A stretch of 61,292 nucleotides of DNA, filler included, from Sphacelaria rigidula (GCA_964200075.2; 5 parts of 5 records of this genome joined end to end with filler, not necessarily neighbours in it); one strand, 5' to 3'. Positions 1-14,342 are shown, counted from the first letter of the whole stretch. The notes: generated from the sequence alone by a model not told the origin. Translations and numbers: made by a program.

Positions 1-436
1 CCAAAGCAAACCCAAAAAAACCCCCGCCCCCCCCCCCCCCCCGCCCCCCCTCCCTCCCTCGGAATTCTATACAAGAATTACATGCAGTTATGTACCGTGA
101 AATGACGAACGTTCCACGAGGTACTCGAGTGATCAGCATGGCCGCGGAGTACGTGCTGAAGCCGCCCGTCGACCTAGTGGCACTGCTGTTGCACTGCAAA
201 ACATTTTTTCAAGGCCTTTTGGCCACACCGAGCTGGGGTTGGAGCCTAGGCTATCCTCGGTTTGCCCCGTCCATGTCTGTACCAAAAGTGTAGAAATACC
301 ATTTGCCTTCCTCTGACTTGTGAATTTCCTGTGTGTGATGTTTGGGTAGGCATTGCTATTTCAAACCAGGAAGCCCATTTCACGAGCAATGGCTAACGGC
401 GCCAGTGGCTTTTGTCACACTCGCGTCACACAAATA

Positions 437-468
437 ACCCTAACCCTAACCCTAACCCTAACCCTACC
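437..468 (+). repeat. Interstitial telomere-type (CCCTAA)n
   Basis: About five copies of AACCCT. Confidence 0.85.
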
Positions 469-1170
469 CGATTCATCATCAGGCGGTACCACTTGCATTG
501 CTGCTACGGATACCCCTACCTATAGCTGATGGCAACAATGTGCATGTTCACACGGCACCCTACCATCTTTTATAACGGCAGCATGCACGCGCAGGTGCCG
601 ACGAGGGGTCAATTCTTCCGGGTGAGACTTTCCAACAGGAGCGAAACTCAACGCGAAACAAAACATTCTAATCAGGGACAAATTGAAAACCGCCTGACAT
701 CATCCAGGTCACCGATGCTCTCTACCACAACGTTCTGAAGTCCTCGCTGGGGCCATGCCTCATGCCACGTTCGTAAAACCGAGAGGTGTGCTTCAATTCA
801 CAGCGACGGTTGTCAGGGTGTGTTTGACTCGGTGGTACGGCATCACGCCGACCGTTTCAAGACGGTGAAGTCAATCTGGAGCCGTCGGGACTCTCTTGTG
901 ACCGGCAGCATCTAAAGCGCGAATGTTCGTCGTCGCCACGGTTAAAGTCTTGTGGGACACCTTGGACGTCCCTTAATTGTCGACCCGCGGCTGATGGTGA
1001 ACGGCGTCTTGTTTCTAAGATCGGCGACAGCTTCTCTCTACCCTCTAGGATGTATCTGATGACGAGCTGGCGACCACCGTCATACACAAATAGGGCCTTT
1101 AAGCCCGTGTGCCGTTCATTGTTCGTTAGAGGGATTTCACCACAATGCCAAGTTGTCAGCGACAAAAGGA

Positions 1171-1945
1171 GCGTTTATTCCGGGTTGCCCCTCGCCAACG
1201 CTGCTGCTGACAAGATCCAGTGCCTCACGTCTTTCCACCACTATGGGACAGATTTGCCCTCGCCTATTTTGTACTACTGGAGAGAGTGGTCGGGGTCGAC
1301 AATCGTACTCGGTACTTCTTTTGTTTGTTCGAGGGATTCCAACACTAGACCAAGTAGTCAGCGCTGACTACTTGGTCCAGTGGTAGAATATCTCGAACAA
1401 ACAATAAGAGTGATTCTGACCTCGAAAGCCCCTCCACGCGTTCCTGCGGGTTGCCCCTCGCCGACGCTGCTGCTGACAGGATCGAGTGCCTCTAACGTCT
1501 TTCCACGGCAGTAGGAAATATTTTTCCTCGACAATGGAAAAGAGTGGACACACCAAGAATCGAAATCGGCTCCATTTTCATGTGAGAGGGATCTTCCACC
1601 ACTAGAGAAAGCAGTCAGCGAGACCAAGGAGTCCGCGCTGATTACTTGGTCTGGTAGTGGAAGTTCCCTCTTCCGTGAAAGTGGACCCGACTTCGGTTCT
1701 CGGTTAGTCCACTCTTTCCCATTGTCGGGGAAAGGTCTTTCCCATTTGACGTGGAAAGGCGTTAGAGGCACTGGATCTTGTCAGCTGCAGCGTTGGCGAG
1801 GGGCAACCCGAAGGAATGCGTCAGGGGGGCGTCCGAGGTCAAAAATCCTTTTTTATCGTATTGTTCGTTCGGGAGATTTCACCATGAGACCAAGTAGTCA
1901 GCGCGGACTGCTTGATCTAATGGTGAAATCCCCCAAACGGACATT
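1171..1945. repeat. Modular foldback/palindrome complex
   Basis: A module of about 60 bp is direct at 1181 and 1447 and inverted at 1751. There is a perfect 30-bp palindrome at 1348-1377 with degenerate copies at about 1600-1660 and 1860-1945. Confidence 0.8.
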
Positions 1946-4843
1946 CCTACCGGCGTTCTGGGGAGCGGGCTTGTTCGTGGAAGAGATCTCAGCTACTGAG
2001 TTTGTTTGGAGTCTCAGCACCCAGGGGAAGCCGCGAGGAGGCGTCTCTCATATTCCCCCGCCCTAAATTTACTGGCCTTCAGCATCTATGCCTACTCTAT
2101 CCTATGTTGCCCCGGACTACAAGATGGCAAAGTCGTTTATTCTCGCAATCTTTGGGGTGCCACCATGCGATAAAAGTTAGTTGCGAATTTCACGCGCTCC
2201 GGGGGCTCCTGTTTTCACGCAACCAGCGATACATTGTATGCCATGGCTCTATCTCCTACCTCTCTACGAGTATACGTATGTCTCCCGAAATGCATTCCAC
2301 TCTACATTTGACAGGAAAACACATATTTTTAGTGCAAAGCCATGTCTCCGTCTCTTTTCTCCGTCCGTATTTCGTCTCTTTTCTCCATGTCTCGATCCAG
2401 TTCTACCGCTGTCTCGAGAACCGTCTATATCGCGAACATTTCAACTGCTGCATCGCTCTTCATATCTCTCGAGCTCTCTGCCTATCTACCCAACTACCTT
2501 TGTCGATATTTGCTGACACTGCCGCCCCTTAATATATGGCTACATCTACCATTACCGGTACACTCATCCCTATCGCTGGGCTTCATCGCTATCTCCATCT
2601 CTGCTTCTGCCCCCCGCTAACATCATCGTCACGACCGCTGTAATCTGTCTACATCACACATATCTCCATGCTCAACCACAGCCATCTCTACACAAATCGA
2701 TAGCTACCCCTACCTCTACTTTATCTCATCGCTCGCTAGCTATCTCAAGAAATCGGTAAGTACATCGAAAATGTCTACCGTACCCCTGAAAGGTCAAGCC
2801 GCCCAAGCGCCGGTCGCACCCCAGCGAGACAGACAAACGCAACCGTCTCCGTCGGTCATCATGCCCAGATCACCGGGTATACCTTGGGCTTTCCGCCGGA
2901 GGGAGCTTCGTCGCGCTATCATTCTGGAGAGGCTACCTTACTACGAACGCACCGTGAAGAACGTCTTTACGAACAAGCACACCCCAGGTTTCCTGTCTAC
3001 AAGTCCATCTATCCGCCCCTTATCCCGTCACCTACACGGGTAATTGCTGTTGCGTTGGTTTTCCAGTACCGCCCACCTGTTCGGAGAGTCCAACGCCACC
3101 CGGAAGCCCCTCGCCGCATCAACCCACTCCTGAAGCGAAAGAAAGGCGACACAATCATGGGAAAGTTTCGGGTATTGCCAGATGGTTGCAGGTTCATTAT
3201 GTCGGTGTTTTGATGTCAGGCGAGGGCAACAGAGGCCACACCGGCTAATCATCGACTCTTGAACTCAGCTGCTCCTCGAAGTTCGAAACAACGGAAAGTG
3301 GAGCGAAGGGAAGAGCGCAATTGGCACTTCGGCTGGCAGTACTCTCTGTACCGTTCTTGTGCACACTACTGGTGCTCTATTCGACCACAAGCTTCCCTAC
3401 CATGCACCTCACCTGCGTACCACGACCACAGGTGACCAGCTTGACGCTCTCGTCACGAGTCGACGGTGTGGTGTCTTTTTGCTTCAATTCTTGCATTCCA
3501 CGTCACGATCAGGATCTAGACTACGATACGATGTCGCGGGACACGGCGGGCCGAGGAGCATCGAACTAGACGTCAGCATGCCGTCGAACTGCGATACCTC
3601 GACACTCCGTACACCTCATTTGCTCGCCCCAGACGGAAGTGCGGCCGTGACAAGAGGCATTGGTGACATGAGGATGGAACTGCGAATGCACTCTGTGTGC
3701 AGGGGACGCGATTCGTCGGGTCTCGCTTCCTCTTGCAATGCGCTTTCATGTCCTTCTCCGTTTTCACAGTTCGTTTTCCTTGCCATTGAAGCGGCTGTTG
3801 TGCGAGTAGAGTGATCTTCTCCCGTGCACTCTTACACAGCTCGCGTGCAGAGTGACCCGTTTCACCCGTACATCTCATGCAATATCGATACATTCTCGAC
3901 GGACGATACTAAAGAGTTGTGCCACATCGTTCCTCACGTTGTGGACAGGTCGCGATATGATGTCGACCATGTTTGATTCTTAGTTTGCGCCCGTGCTCGT
4001 ATCAGCCCTCGTGTTGTGATTGGGAAGTTAACCCTGAGCATTTTCACCAACCAGTACTCCACGCCCCAATATTAAACAATTGAACACGCAGAACTCTTGA
4101 ACTAGGATTTGCAGGGTGACCCCGTGGGTAGGAGACCAGCGTGGTCATCATGCACTCCAGCTTTACACGCAACTCTCAACCCAGGTGGTGGGTGTGTGCG
4201 GCGGGGGAAGAAGGTGGTGGTGGTGGTGTGTGTGTGGGGGGGGTATGCTGAACTCCGGGAACACATTTCTGTGCCCGCCCCGTGCTCCGATATCAAATTT
4301 GGCGATGCAGTTGAAGACCGACCGGTTGGGGATACATAGGGTAATACAGCATGCGACGTGCTGCTGTGTCCGATAGTATGTAGTGGCATTGTGTGTGGTC
4401 TCGCTGACGTTGCGCACAGGACTACGCGCCAATAGTTTCCGTTGCGTAGTGATATTCACTTCTCTCGTACGGGGGCTACTGATGCTACGCTTGGTACGAA
4501 CTACCAGCTGCCCTGCACTGACGGTACGAAGCTCACCATGTTTGAGTACTGTACGCCTGGTGATCATCCCTTACAGCCCGCTGAGTACATTCCAGGAGGA
4601 TTCAGATCATCCGCTGTAGGTTAGTGGGTCACTGTACAGCATATCGTGAACAAAAACTCTACCGTGTCGAGCAAGGTTTGGCTCCTGTTCCTGCACTCTA
4701 CTGAACATGTCAAGATGGGTGGACAAGTGGAGAGTAGAAACAATTCTAAGGTCACCAACCTCGGGCTCTCGGGCTTTGACGGCTACCTCGGCAAGCGGAC
4801 CGTGACAAATGAACCCGTCCCCTTAAGCGTGTGTGTGTGTATC

Positions 4844-4846
4844 GTA

Positions 4847-4908
<62 letters not shown>

Positions 4909-4930
4909 TGTTGTTGTTGTTATTGTTGTT
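4844..4930 (+). repeat. (GTA)n(GTT)n microsatellite
   Basis: Direct reading. Confidence 0.95.
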
Positions 4931-5186
4931 GAGTGATGCTACGGTAGGGGTAAACAAATACTATCTGAGGTTAGAATTGTTAAGAGCCCATTATCTCATC
5001 CAAAACACGACTTACGAAGGTATGCGAGAGTACGCTAGGATTACTAATCCAATGAGCTGGGGATATCCCGAATAAGTCTGCAAACGGGGATACCCTCATT
5101 CATATTCTTGTGCGTCTAGAATCGTGAGGAGCCCCTGAACCAGACAAAACTTCGCGAAAAAGTGCACCCCTACCGTAGCATTGCCC
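4931..5186 (+). mobile_element. About 257-bp MITE family A (GAG termini, 4-bp TSD, Sola2-like), copy 1
   Basis: TIR GAGTGATGCTACGGTAGGGGT. TSD TGTT, inserted in a (GTT)n tract. Confidence 0.85.
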
Positions 5187-5218
<32 letters not shown>

Positions 5219-5427
5219 GGTCACGAGTACTAGAGTTCACACGGCGTAGGTTTGATGCTGCGTGCAGCCTTGTTCGGCATTTCCAGGCGCACCACTTGAT
5301 CGATATAAAACCGCCATAGTCCCGGGTATGTTCATATTTGCCTGCCCGTTCACGTTTCTCGAGAGCTCATGTCAGAACCGCTATTTGGAAAATGATCATA
5401 CGATGTGGTAGATAACTTTAGCGGCAT

Positions 5428-5714
5428 CACTGAGGTTTACGGTGTTTGATAGCTGTACGGTACTGGTACGTGCGGTGCGGTGTTTCGCCGGCCTTCCTCT
5501 CCTCGGAGCGTTCCAGGAGGCGATTTTCCGGCGGTTTATAGCGGTATATGGAACTTAACCGCGGTTTTACATAAATTTTCATCATCCAGCACCGTGCCGT
5601 ATCATAGTACTTCAAAACCATGACTCTGTTCCCGTTGAACGCTGTATCGCGATTCGCTGGTACCGTACCGTACCGTACCATACCGTACCGTACGTATCGC
5701 AAATCACCTCCGTG
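5428..5714. mobile_element. Probable MITE with (GTACG/CGTAC)n subterminal repeats
   Basis: Imperfect TIR CACTGAGGT/ACCTCCGTG and inverted GTACGGTAC arrays. No clear TSD. Confidence 0.5.
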
Positions 5715-8700
5715 CCGTGATGTACGTACCGTGAACTGCGAATACCAGACTCCGAAGAAATACTTTATTTTCTCTCCTGGAGCGGCTATCTCTGTTTTGT
5801 TTCATCTCAGATGTGTCTCTCATGTGACCACGGCTGCATCTCTGGGGAATCGGTGAATACGCGACAATAAAAACATAAAATCAGGCGTGGGATCCCGTGT
5901 TTGTGATGGCGTGTGGGTCACAGGAAGCAGTGGCGTCCTCACGATGTCTCGGACAGGATTTTGAATCCCCCGCGTACGTTGTTTCCACTGTTGGTTTTTA
6001 CTTTCAACAACTGTTGCGATCGGTACAATTTGACGATGACAAAAATGCAACAAAGAGATTCATAGCGGCGGTCTACCCGCGGTCGAGAGGGTTGACCGGT
6101 GCTTCCCGCATATATTCTTGAAGCTCGTAAAGCTGCAGTATTCGGTTTCATTTAGGCCGAACGCTGAGGGGGGAAAGTGACCTAGCAATCGAAAACAGAG
6201 GTGGTATCGTGTAGTTTGAGAGTTGAGAGACGGGAGAGAACTACCGAGATGTTCGAACAGCCCCCAGAGGGCGCTCGAAATCGCGTTCACAACCACCGTT
6301 CATTATGTGCGGCTTCGTTCGGTCCTATGTTTAAAACGAAGGCCGGATGAAAGGACGCCATGCCTTGTCTCTTGAGATAACGAACCACACCCAAGCTAAT
6401 GAGCTGTATGTACAGCACTCATCGACAATCTGATGACCACTCAGCCTCTGTGGCCGAGGCTTTCCTGGCTCGTGTGGTCTGATCAACGGCTACCTGTGGG
6501 TAGGGTGGCGACGTTCGGCTTCAACTGCATCACGAGTTGTGGACGCAGAAGATACGTATTCCACTCACTGAAGACTCACACGCCGACTGAATTAATACCG
6601 CAGGGCCTGATATTTGACATTTGATGTGGTGATGGGAAAACAGTCTATGGTGATTCGAATTTTCAGCGTCGCAAGAATAGTAACTTTGATGCTTTTGGAA
6701 ATCGTGTTCACCACTTCTGTCACCTGATGGAGTACTTGAAATTTGGCACTTGTGCATTTTGTGTATTTCACAGCATAAATATCGTGTAAACCAGCTCGAA
6801 ACCACTCCTTCAGATTCCGAGCCATGGATTTCCTGCAGTTTGAATCCCAAGGGAGGACTGTTCAGTCAACGCACCTTGAACACGGTTGAAGACTTTACTC
6901 CCGGGACCAATATGCCGTGTCTATTTTGCAATCCGATTGTATCGGGCCAAGTCATAAAGTTCCATAAAATGTGCATGGGTGTGCATGTATAAAGAAAGAG
7001 AGGTGCCGAATTCGTCAATTGGCCGATTTTGAAAATGTCTTGCTGGAACTCTGCCGGGTGTGGTCGGCATCGCTGAAATACACACGGTATCTTATTTTAA
7101 ACACTGGGGGCTTCAACCGCTGTTCCGGGTGCATCGGCTGTACTCTCTGTCATTCAGGCCAACTGCTGTACTGTAGAGATTCGAAGATGGTCGACGATCT
7201 GACCAAAGGTCACAGACTACTTTTACACGAATATGCTACCATTCTGTATACTTTTACATATCCGCCTTTTTTTCTGTTTAGTCTCAGCTTCGTATTTGTT
7301 ACTCCGGTCAAGTTGCATTCCCTCACGTGTTTTTGCTGTTTCCTTGTTTCGCTGCGACAGCCGGTGCCTTCACCTGCGTTCACTCGTGGTCTCTGTTGTC
7401 TTGTGCAGCAGACTAGTCGTTGTAACAGTTACCGTTTGTTTTGCAATTTCATCTTTGGAATTCAGCGGAATGAGTGCCACAAGCCCGTGATTACGATATC
7501 GGTCACCGTCCATCTTTTCGTAAGAAATGTACGTCAAGAATACGCTGTGGAAGGGATCCAACTCTGAAAGCAAGAAGAAAATATTTCCACGACCCACATA
7601 TTTAACGATATACTGTACGCACGTTTCCGTCAGGTTGGGCAGGAAATCCCCTTCCTTTGCAAGGAAGGCTCATCCAATCTGCCGGGAAATACCCGTGGAA
7701 ATGTCTAGAATAATCCGGTGAGGACGGCACGGCACGAAAGTGTGATTCCGTCGTCGAAACACCAACGGGGCGGGATAGGAACGTTTCCCCGTCGCCAAAG
7801 CAATGACGACAAAGGACGGGAACGTTCATCGTCGCGTCAGAATGGTACGGGACCATTTTCCCGCTGCCAAAACGGCGGCAGGACGGGACGGGGAGGGAAC
7901 GCGTCCCCATTTCTATCCTGCCCTGTCCTGTCCTGTCCTGTCCCGTGCGAATTCCGGCGAGATACCCCGTGGTGAGCCCAGAGGGCAACTACTGGCAAAC
8001 ATAAGTTGCAAAATATCAAGGTTGTCCAGCTCATTACGTTCACAACCAGAGATAGTCACGTGAAGAACAGAAGAATAGACACTCTTCAATAATGAAAGCA
8101 ACTACATGCGGCACGATATCAGAGGACCGTGGTATGGCATTCATCGGTAATGGAAAAGATAACTCTGCGCTACCGTGAAACGGGACGGTGCTGCAACTTG
8201 CACATTCGTGCGAAACTGCTGTTAACCCTTGTGGGCCCCTCCCCGGGTTCGTACTTCATGCATGTGGTGTTGACATGATCTTTTTTATTTGTGGGTGGTG
8301 CTATATCAATCACACGGGCAGAGGGCGGAGCGATCACGTGGCCAGCGACCCAAAATACGGGGGGGTTGTTTGTCGTTCATGCAGGTGAAGCGTGCCCCGG
8401 GGGAAACATGCCCGATACAACAACCAAGTAACTCTGCCGAGGGAGGCAAACAAGATATAGACGTAGTGTTCAGACAACCTGGGTCCTTCCAGAGTCAAAA
8501 TGTGTTGAGAAAACAGTATAAATTTCGATGTGCTCGTTCATCATTTGCGTCTGGAGTAAAGAAAACTCTTTAAACCTCCTCGCCAAACGGGCCACCGCTG
8601 AGTACAAACAACACATCCCATTCACCCATAGCAACACGCAGCCGTGGGATCAGGTGAACCCAGCGTATGCGACGACTGCACAATGCGCAGCAGCTGCAGA

Positions 8701-11109
8701 GACTGCCACTCCTACTCACCCGCCTTCCAGCCACGGCTGGCAGCAGCGAAATCGGGGTCGCGAGCTGCTCGTAACTACTGCACACGAACTGGTGTGCATG
8801 TGACTTCGGCTGGCACACATCTCGGCATATGTGCCGTGGTGTAGTTCGGTGTCGTGTATCGTGATGTATCGCATCGTACCGTACCGTACTATACCGTACT
8901 GTACTGTGCACTGTACTGTCTGTACGTTTGTGTACACTACTTCGGCCATCAACCCCCAAGACACGTCGTTCCTGCCCTGACTTCGAGCTGGGAGGCACGT
9001 CTGTCGGTAACGGGTTTAGGGTGCAGGTGGGCATGACCAATCTACTGTGCGGTGCCGCGCGATGCTGTCCTGCGCGGCACTGATCACTGCTGTGCACTGT
9101 CGCAGTACTGACTCCGTCCGATGAGGAACGCATGAAATAAAATCACTCTTTTGGGACACCTGACCGTGCATGATTGAGTTCGATTGCTACTCGCGTCACT
9201 CTCTGCACCTAGGACTAGCTAGCAGAATGCGCTTTCGGTCGTTCACGAGGATGGGATCCAGAAGGGTTGAGTCCCACATACCGCGGTAAACGTTTCGAGG
9301 AATACCCTTGCGCTTTTCGAAACCTCGGGGGAGCAGCGATCCTCCCGAGAACTGAAATGAGATGATCGCCATGCAAGAAGCTCGTTACCAAAAGAAGTAT
9401 TGTTAGGTGCAATACTCACCGGTTCGCCAGGAAGTTCTTCGTTCTCGATCAATAATAAATGAGTTTTGTTGGCCGAGGATGAGATGCGACCTTCGCGCCC
9501 GCGGACGAACGCTTGAGTCTGGCACTCATTTGTTGCGAACACTTGAGTCTGGTACTCACTCGTTTGACGAAAATGATGCCGATGACACAGGAAGACACAC
9601 GTGGGCTGTCAAAAGAGTCAAGGGGGATTTTCTGCGGGAAATGATCTACGGTCGATGTTGCCTGCTTTGAGTGCCAACACCAACATTTGGGTCTCCCGTG
9701 AAGCCGACAGTCCCGAGTACTTCCAGTGTGCTTCTCCGCCGATCGATGTAAGGTCTGCCAACGCACACCTTGCGTAGGAAACCTTTCGCAACCCTCTTGC
9801 CGGAGGGTTCACCGTATGCCTCGGGTAGGGGTAAGGGCTTGGCTTAGCGTTGTTTCAATAACGTGTCAACCGCGGTAAATTGGAGGCGAAGTGGGGTAAA
9901 CCCACGTCGCTTTTCGCGAGCGGAAGTGAAGACATCTGAAACGGCAGCGAGAAACTGCAGTTGAATGACACGAAATAATCGCATCATGCGTCGCCGAAAA
10001 GGCGAACAAACAAACACCCGCCGGACAGCAGCAATGTTTTGCTGCTACGCTCCCACCAACTCCCAGGGGCATGCAACAGGGCGATCCGAATGCGTCAGGG
10101 CTAAGGTTCTTCCTTACCTTGCTCGGGAAGCCCAGCTTGGACCCCATTTATTTGGGGAAATTTCGGCCTGGCTTCCTCATCGGCCCATTTTATATTGGCG
10201 GGGTGTCCCGCACTGTACGGCACCCTGAAAACTCACGAGCCACAGGGCCTCCCGTATCAAACGCAATATCGGCTCCGCGATCACTCTTAGATGCCAGTTT
10301 AACGGCACGATTGAAACGTCGATCATCAACGATGTGGCGCGAGAGCGCAAGGAAGTACCGTGCCACGGAGAAACCCTCAACGTTCTTGATCCACAAGGGT
10401 GACGTCGAGCGTTAGCGCTCTCTCTCCCCTAGCCACAGTTCATTTGCAGACGATCCTGTAGCGACCGCCGCGTTTTTTAACAATGCTTTCATTTGCAGCC
10501 GCAGTTGTAGACCTCATTTGCGGGTGCTTATTTATATTGGCGCCTCGTAACTGAGCACCTGCTCTGATGATGTCCAAGTGTATGTACATTGATTATTCTT
10601 GGGCTCGAGTTTTCAGGTGTCGAGGTCTCAAGTGGTAGCGCCGCCTGTACTACGAACACAAAATTCTGCAAAGAGACCGTTTAGTGCCGATTTTCGCCGG
10701 AATGCGGGGCTCGGTGGATTGTACCACCTCAGTGAGACTTGGCGCTGTACTCTCTGGAAACATAAATTCGAGCGCCCCCCCCCTCAATCTTTTGTTCGCC
10801 GAGTTTGACGTTGAGCCGGAAAGACGATTTCTCAAGCGACCTCAAACATCATTATTTCACCAAGAGGTGGTCGGTATGTATGTGTTTTCTGGGAGATACC
10901 TCGAAGCTTCTCGTGGACTGTTTGACAAATCGTTTCTCGGGCCAAACGTCAAAGTAGGCGCAAGAAAATGGTCGGAAAAGGCCCTGGAACTATCTCGAAA
11001 AAGTACAGCAAGGCCGTGCGAGGCGGTACAACCCGCAAAGTCCCGTTCTACTACTATGCAGTAACTCCGACGGAAATGAGCGTTGCATCGCCAAACCAAA
11101 TATGGAACA

Positions 11110-11366
11110 GAGTGATGCTACTGTAGGGGTGCACGAATATTTTCTGAGGTTAGAAGTGTTAGAAGCCCTTGATCTCATGCAAAACTCCACTTATGAAAGT
11201 ATGTAAAAGTACGCCAGGATTACTACTCGAATGTGCTGGGGATATCCCGAATGAATTTGCAAACGGGGATGCCCTGACCCGTATTCTTGTGCATCTAGAA
11301 TCGTTAGGAGCCCCTGAACTAGACAATATTTCGCAAAAAAAATGTACCCCTACCGTACTATTGCTC
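11110..11366 (+). mobile_element. MITE family A, copy 2
   Basis: Same TIR and body, TSD AACA. Confidence 0.9.
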
Positions 11367-12180
11367 AACATGCGTTTTTTCGGCAAGGTTTTCCCCCCCA
11401 TACACTTCTGTAACTTGACTGACAGCTGGTGACGTTCGCTTGAAATAAGCCCTGGACAGCGAGAGTAGGTCATCTCTTGAATCGGAATCAATTTCACTTG
11501 AAAGACGTATGCATGATCCAGATGGACTACTCTCGCGGTCTTGAGGGTTGAGAGCCGATAATCAAAACCGAGCATGGAGCTTTCCATCAAGGATGATAAC
11601 CCGGATAAGGCAAATCTTCGTATCTACAACATGTTCTCCGAAATAAGCTTGCGTTCCTTATTCATCTACTGGTAGCTATTGACCGCTAGAGAACGCCATA
11701 TATATTTGGATCCCGACACCCGAACTTTTGGGGGTCCTAGGCGAGAAAACAATTCTGGGGGATTTAAGTGAGACAACCACCACATTTCGAAGAATTGTTG
11801 GTGGATACGAATATTTTCATTTTCCGGGTCATCATCCCCAATGGAAAGCTCCATCCTCAAATTTGGTGATCGGCTGTTCATTGTCGTGCCACGACTTCGT
11901 GACCCGTTTTTTGACGCGTATATCACCAATAATTATTACTAGTGGTAAGCCACGGCTGACGCGCGTGGCAGCAGTGCCGAACGTATCAGCGCCACGGGTC
12001 TTGCACGGGCGGAGGTTTGAACGCAATGGTGGAACATAAAAAAAAGCCCGACTTTAACCGTAATTGATGAGGATGAGCAGATGAGGACTTCCAACCGCAC
12101 GGCTAACCGTAATAAGCACTATGAAGAGGAAAGAAAGCCTCGCCGTCAGGGACGCCAATAATGGGGTGGGGGGGTAGGGG

Positions 12181-12280
12181 NNNNNNNNNNNNNNNNNNNN
12201 NNNNNNNNNNNNNNNNNNNNNNNNTTAATTAATTAANNNNNNNNNNNNNNNNNNNNNNNNNNNNNNNNNNNNNNNNNNNN
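12181..12280. other. Artificial contig-joining spacer (N44-TTAATTAATTAA-N44)
   Basis: 100 nt of N with a central six-frame stop linker. Identical spacers recur about every 12.28 kb. Confidence 0.97.
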
Positions 12281-12460
12281 GTGCTTGCCTTTTATTTTTT
12301 ATCGCGAGAGGGATTCAGCAGTCCCTTTCCCTCGTCGACCGTTATGTCGAATTTTGTGTACCCACGACATGGTCGCTCTCCACTGTTGAGCATGGTATAA
12401 GAATTTTTTTTCATATCGCTCCGGGAGTCGAACCCCAACTGATCCACCGGGGCGACCGGC
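12281..12460 (-). mobile_element. tRNA-derived SINE family 1, second copy (cut by the contig end)
   Basis: GCCGGTCGCCCCGGTGGATCAGTTGGGGTTCGACTCCC head plus the shared body ...GGGAAAGGGACTGCT...GGCAAGCAC. Confidence 0.75.
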
Positions 12461-13529
12461 TGACAACGCAGAAGGAGACAAAAAACCCAATAAAATTGCG
12501 AGTCGAAGATTCACCGAACTCCGAGAAATCGAAGCATTTGTTTTGTTGTTGTTGCTTACGCCCTTCTTACTGATTGATTGATGGACGCCTACGACGCTGT
12601 AAGGACAACCAATAATCGCGTTACCGCTTCAACGTGAGTGTGTTGCACATATACAGCCATATGTGGTCCAACGAAAACTCCAGCCTGAAGAAAACGTCGA
12701 CTCTTCTCTTGCGTTTTGGCCGTGTATGCATGTAAGGTTGAACTTTCCGTTTTGCAAAATCAAAACGTCAGGATCACCAGTCCAAATTACCGACAACGAA
12801 TTGACGGCCAGGACAGAGACGGTCAAATGCGGCTCCAAAATTCACCGAACCGCGGGAAATCGGTTGTTGAATTCACCGAACCCCGAACCCCGGGAAATCG
12901 AATTCAAGGAACACAGAAAGGCCGACGAAAACAGCGCCGTACAGTAGGCTGCAACCAGGTAACAACAAACACAGCGTCTATGGTTGTTGTTGATTGAAAT
13001 CATCGTGATATCACGCACGCATATATATCGCGCTGACACGATCCATGCGCCTATGGTGTCAAGAAATAGAATCCAAAGAGAACTCTAGCCCGAAGGAATC
13101 AGAGACGCTCTTCTTGCGTTCTGGTGTCTCCTACGTTCATCGTGTATCCATGTTTTTCATAATCAAATTTCCGTTTTTCAGAATCAAAGTTTCAGATCCA
13201 CCATCAGGGCTCCGCGTATTGCCTATTACGCGCATACTTTCAGGCACTGACTGCTTGAGTCGAATGTCGAATCTCGCTCTCGTCAAAGGTGAACGGTGAT
13301 AGAAAAACATTGCACTATCTCACCAAGCTTTCGAAAATGAAAAATGCCGCAGGGTGACGTGGAGCTGAAGGGGTTTGTTCAGCGTGTAATGTTTTCAGAG
13401 TACGTCTTATTGTCCCGTTTGCACGGGAGCGTTCACACGCAATCTTAGTTAGACATAATATATGCGCAAAACCTTTCGCACGGCGCGAAAAAACAAGTTA
13501 AAATAAACGAAGAACCGCCGGCTATAACA

Positions 13530-14342
13530 CTTCCTCTGTGCCATAAGTAAAGTCCGTTATGAGGAGCAGATCATTTATCGCCAACGGAGTTGCCCACGAT
13601 GCTGTAGTTAGTTTCTTTTAAAACGCTGTTGATGTGCTGATGCTCGCTAAAAAACAAACTGAGCCAAAATTACTGAGAATTAGTGGATCAAAAGGGGGGA
13701 ATTTTTGTGGGATTTCGAGACGTTTTTCGAGAATTTGTCGATAATTATTTTGAGAACTTATGCTTTCCTCCGCGTTTGAATGCCCATCACCCCCCACAAC
13801 CACGATGAAGACACCCCCAAACGTAAACGGGGTGCAGGAGTGTCGTTGGGCCACCGGTACGCAATGGCGGTGCAGATAGCGTTGGCCATTCCCCCAGGGA
13901 AAACAAGGGCACCCAAGGGTGTCCTAGGCCCCATGGCGGCGTGTTATGGCGTTGGTGATGACTACCCTAGAAAACGACTTCAATGTGGAGCATACCGGGG
14001 TGACGGTGCGACAGAGAGCAAGAACGTTAGAAAGGGTGGTAAAATATGATAAGGAGGCCTTCAAGAAGGCCCGGGACCATCTAGCGTCAAGCACCAGCGA
14101 CGGTGAGGACGGTTAACTTTTTTTTTCGACACTTTTTGCCCCTGCAAAAGGGGCTAAATATGGCCTTTTCGGGGCTGACTACTTTTTCTCCGGCCGTTCA
14201 CGTATGCCCGGGGGTGCGGAGAAAAAAAACGGGTTTCAGCCCAAAAACATACAAAGATTTCAAAAACATTATCGTCGGCGGCATCGGACACGGTTAAGGG
14301 TCCGTGCAATCATAACGGACTTCACTTATGGCACAGAGGAAG
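13530..14342 (+). mobile_element. Internally deleted Tc1/mariner (Stowaway-like termini) element
   Basis: 32-bp TIRs CTTCCTCTGTGCCATAAGTAAAGTCCGTTATG / CATAACGGACTTCACTTATGGCACAGAGGAAG, with TA at the right flank. Internal ORF remnant 13780-14049. Confidence 0.85.

Noticed and set aside
437..468. True chromosome end
   Set aside because: Only about five repeats, internal to the contig.
4646..4936. Poly-Val ORF (and similarly the poly-Asn 23171-23593, KKEH 18641-18892 and poly-Ile 46650-46985 ORFs)
   Set aside because: These are translations of micro- or minisatellites.
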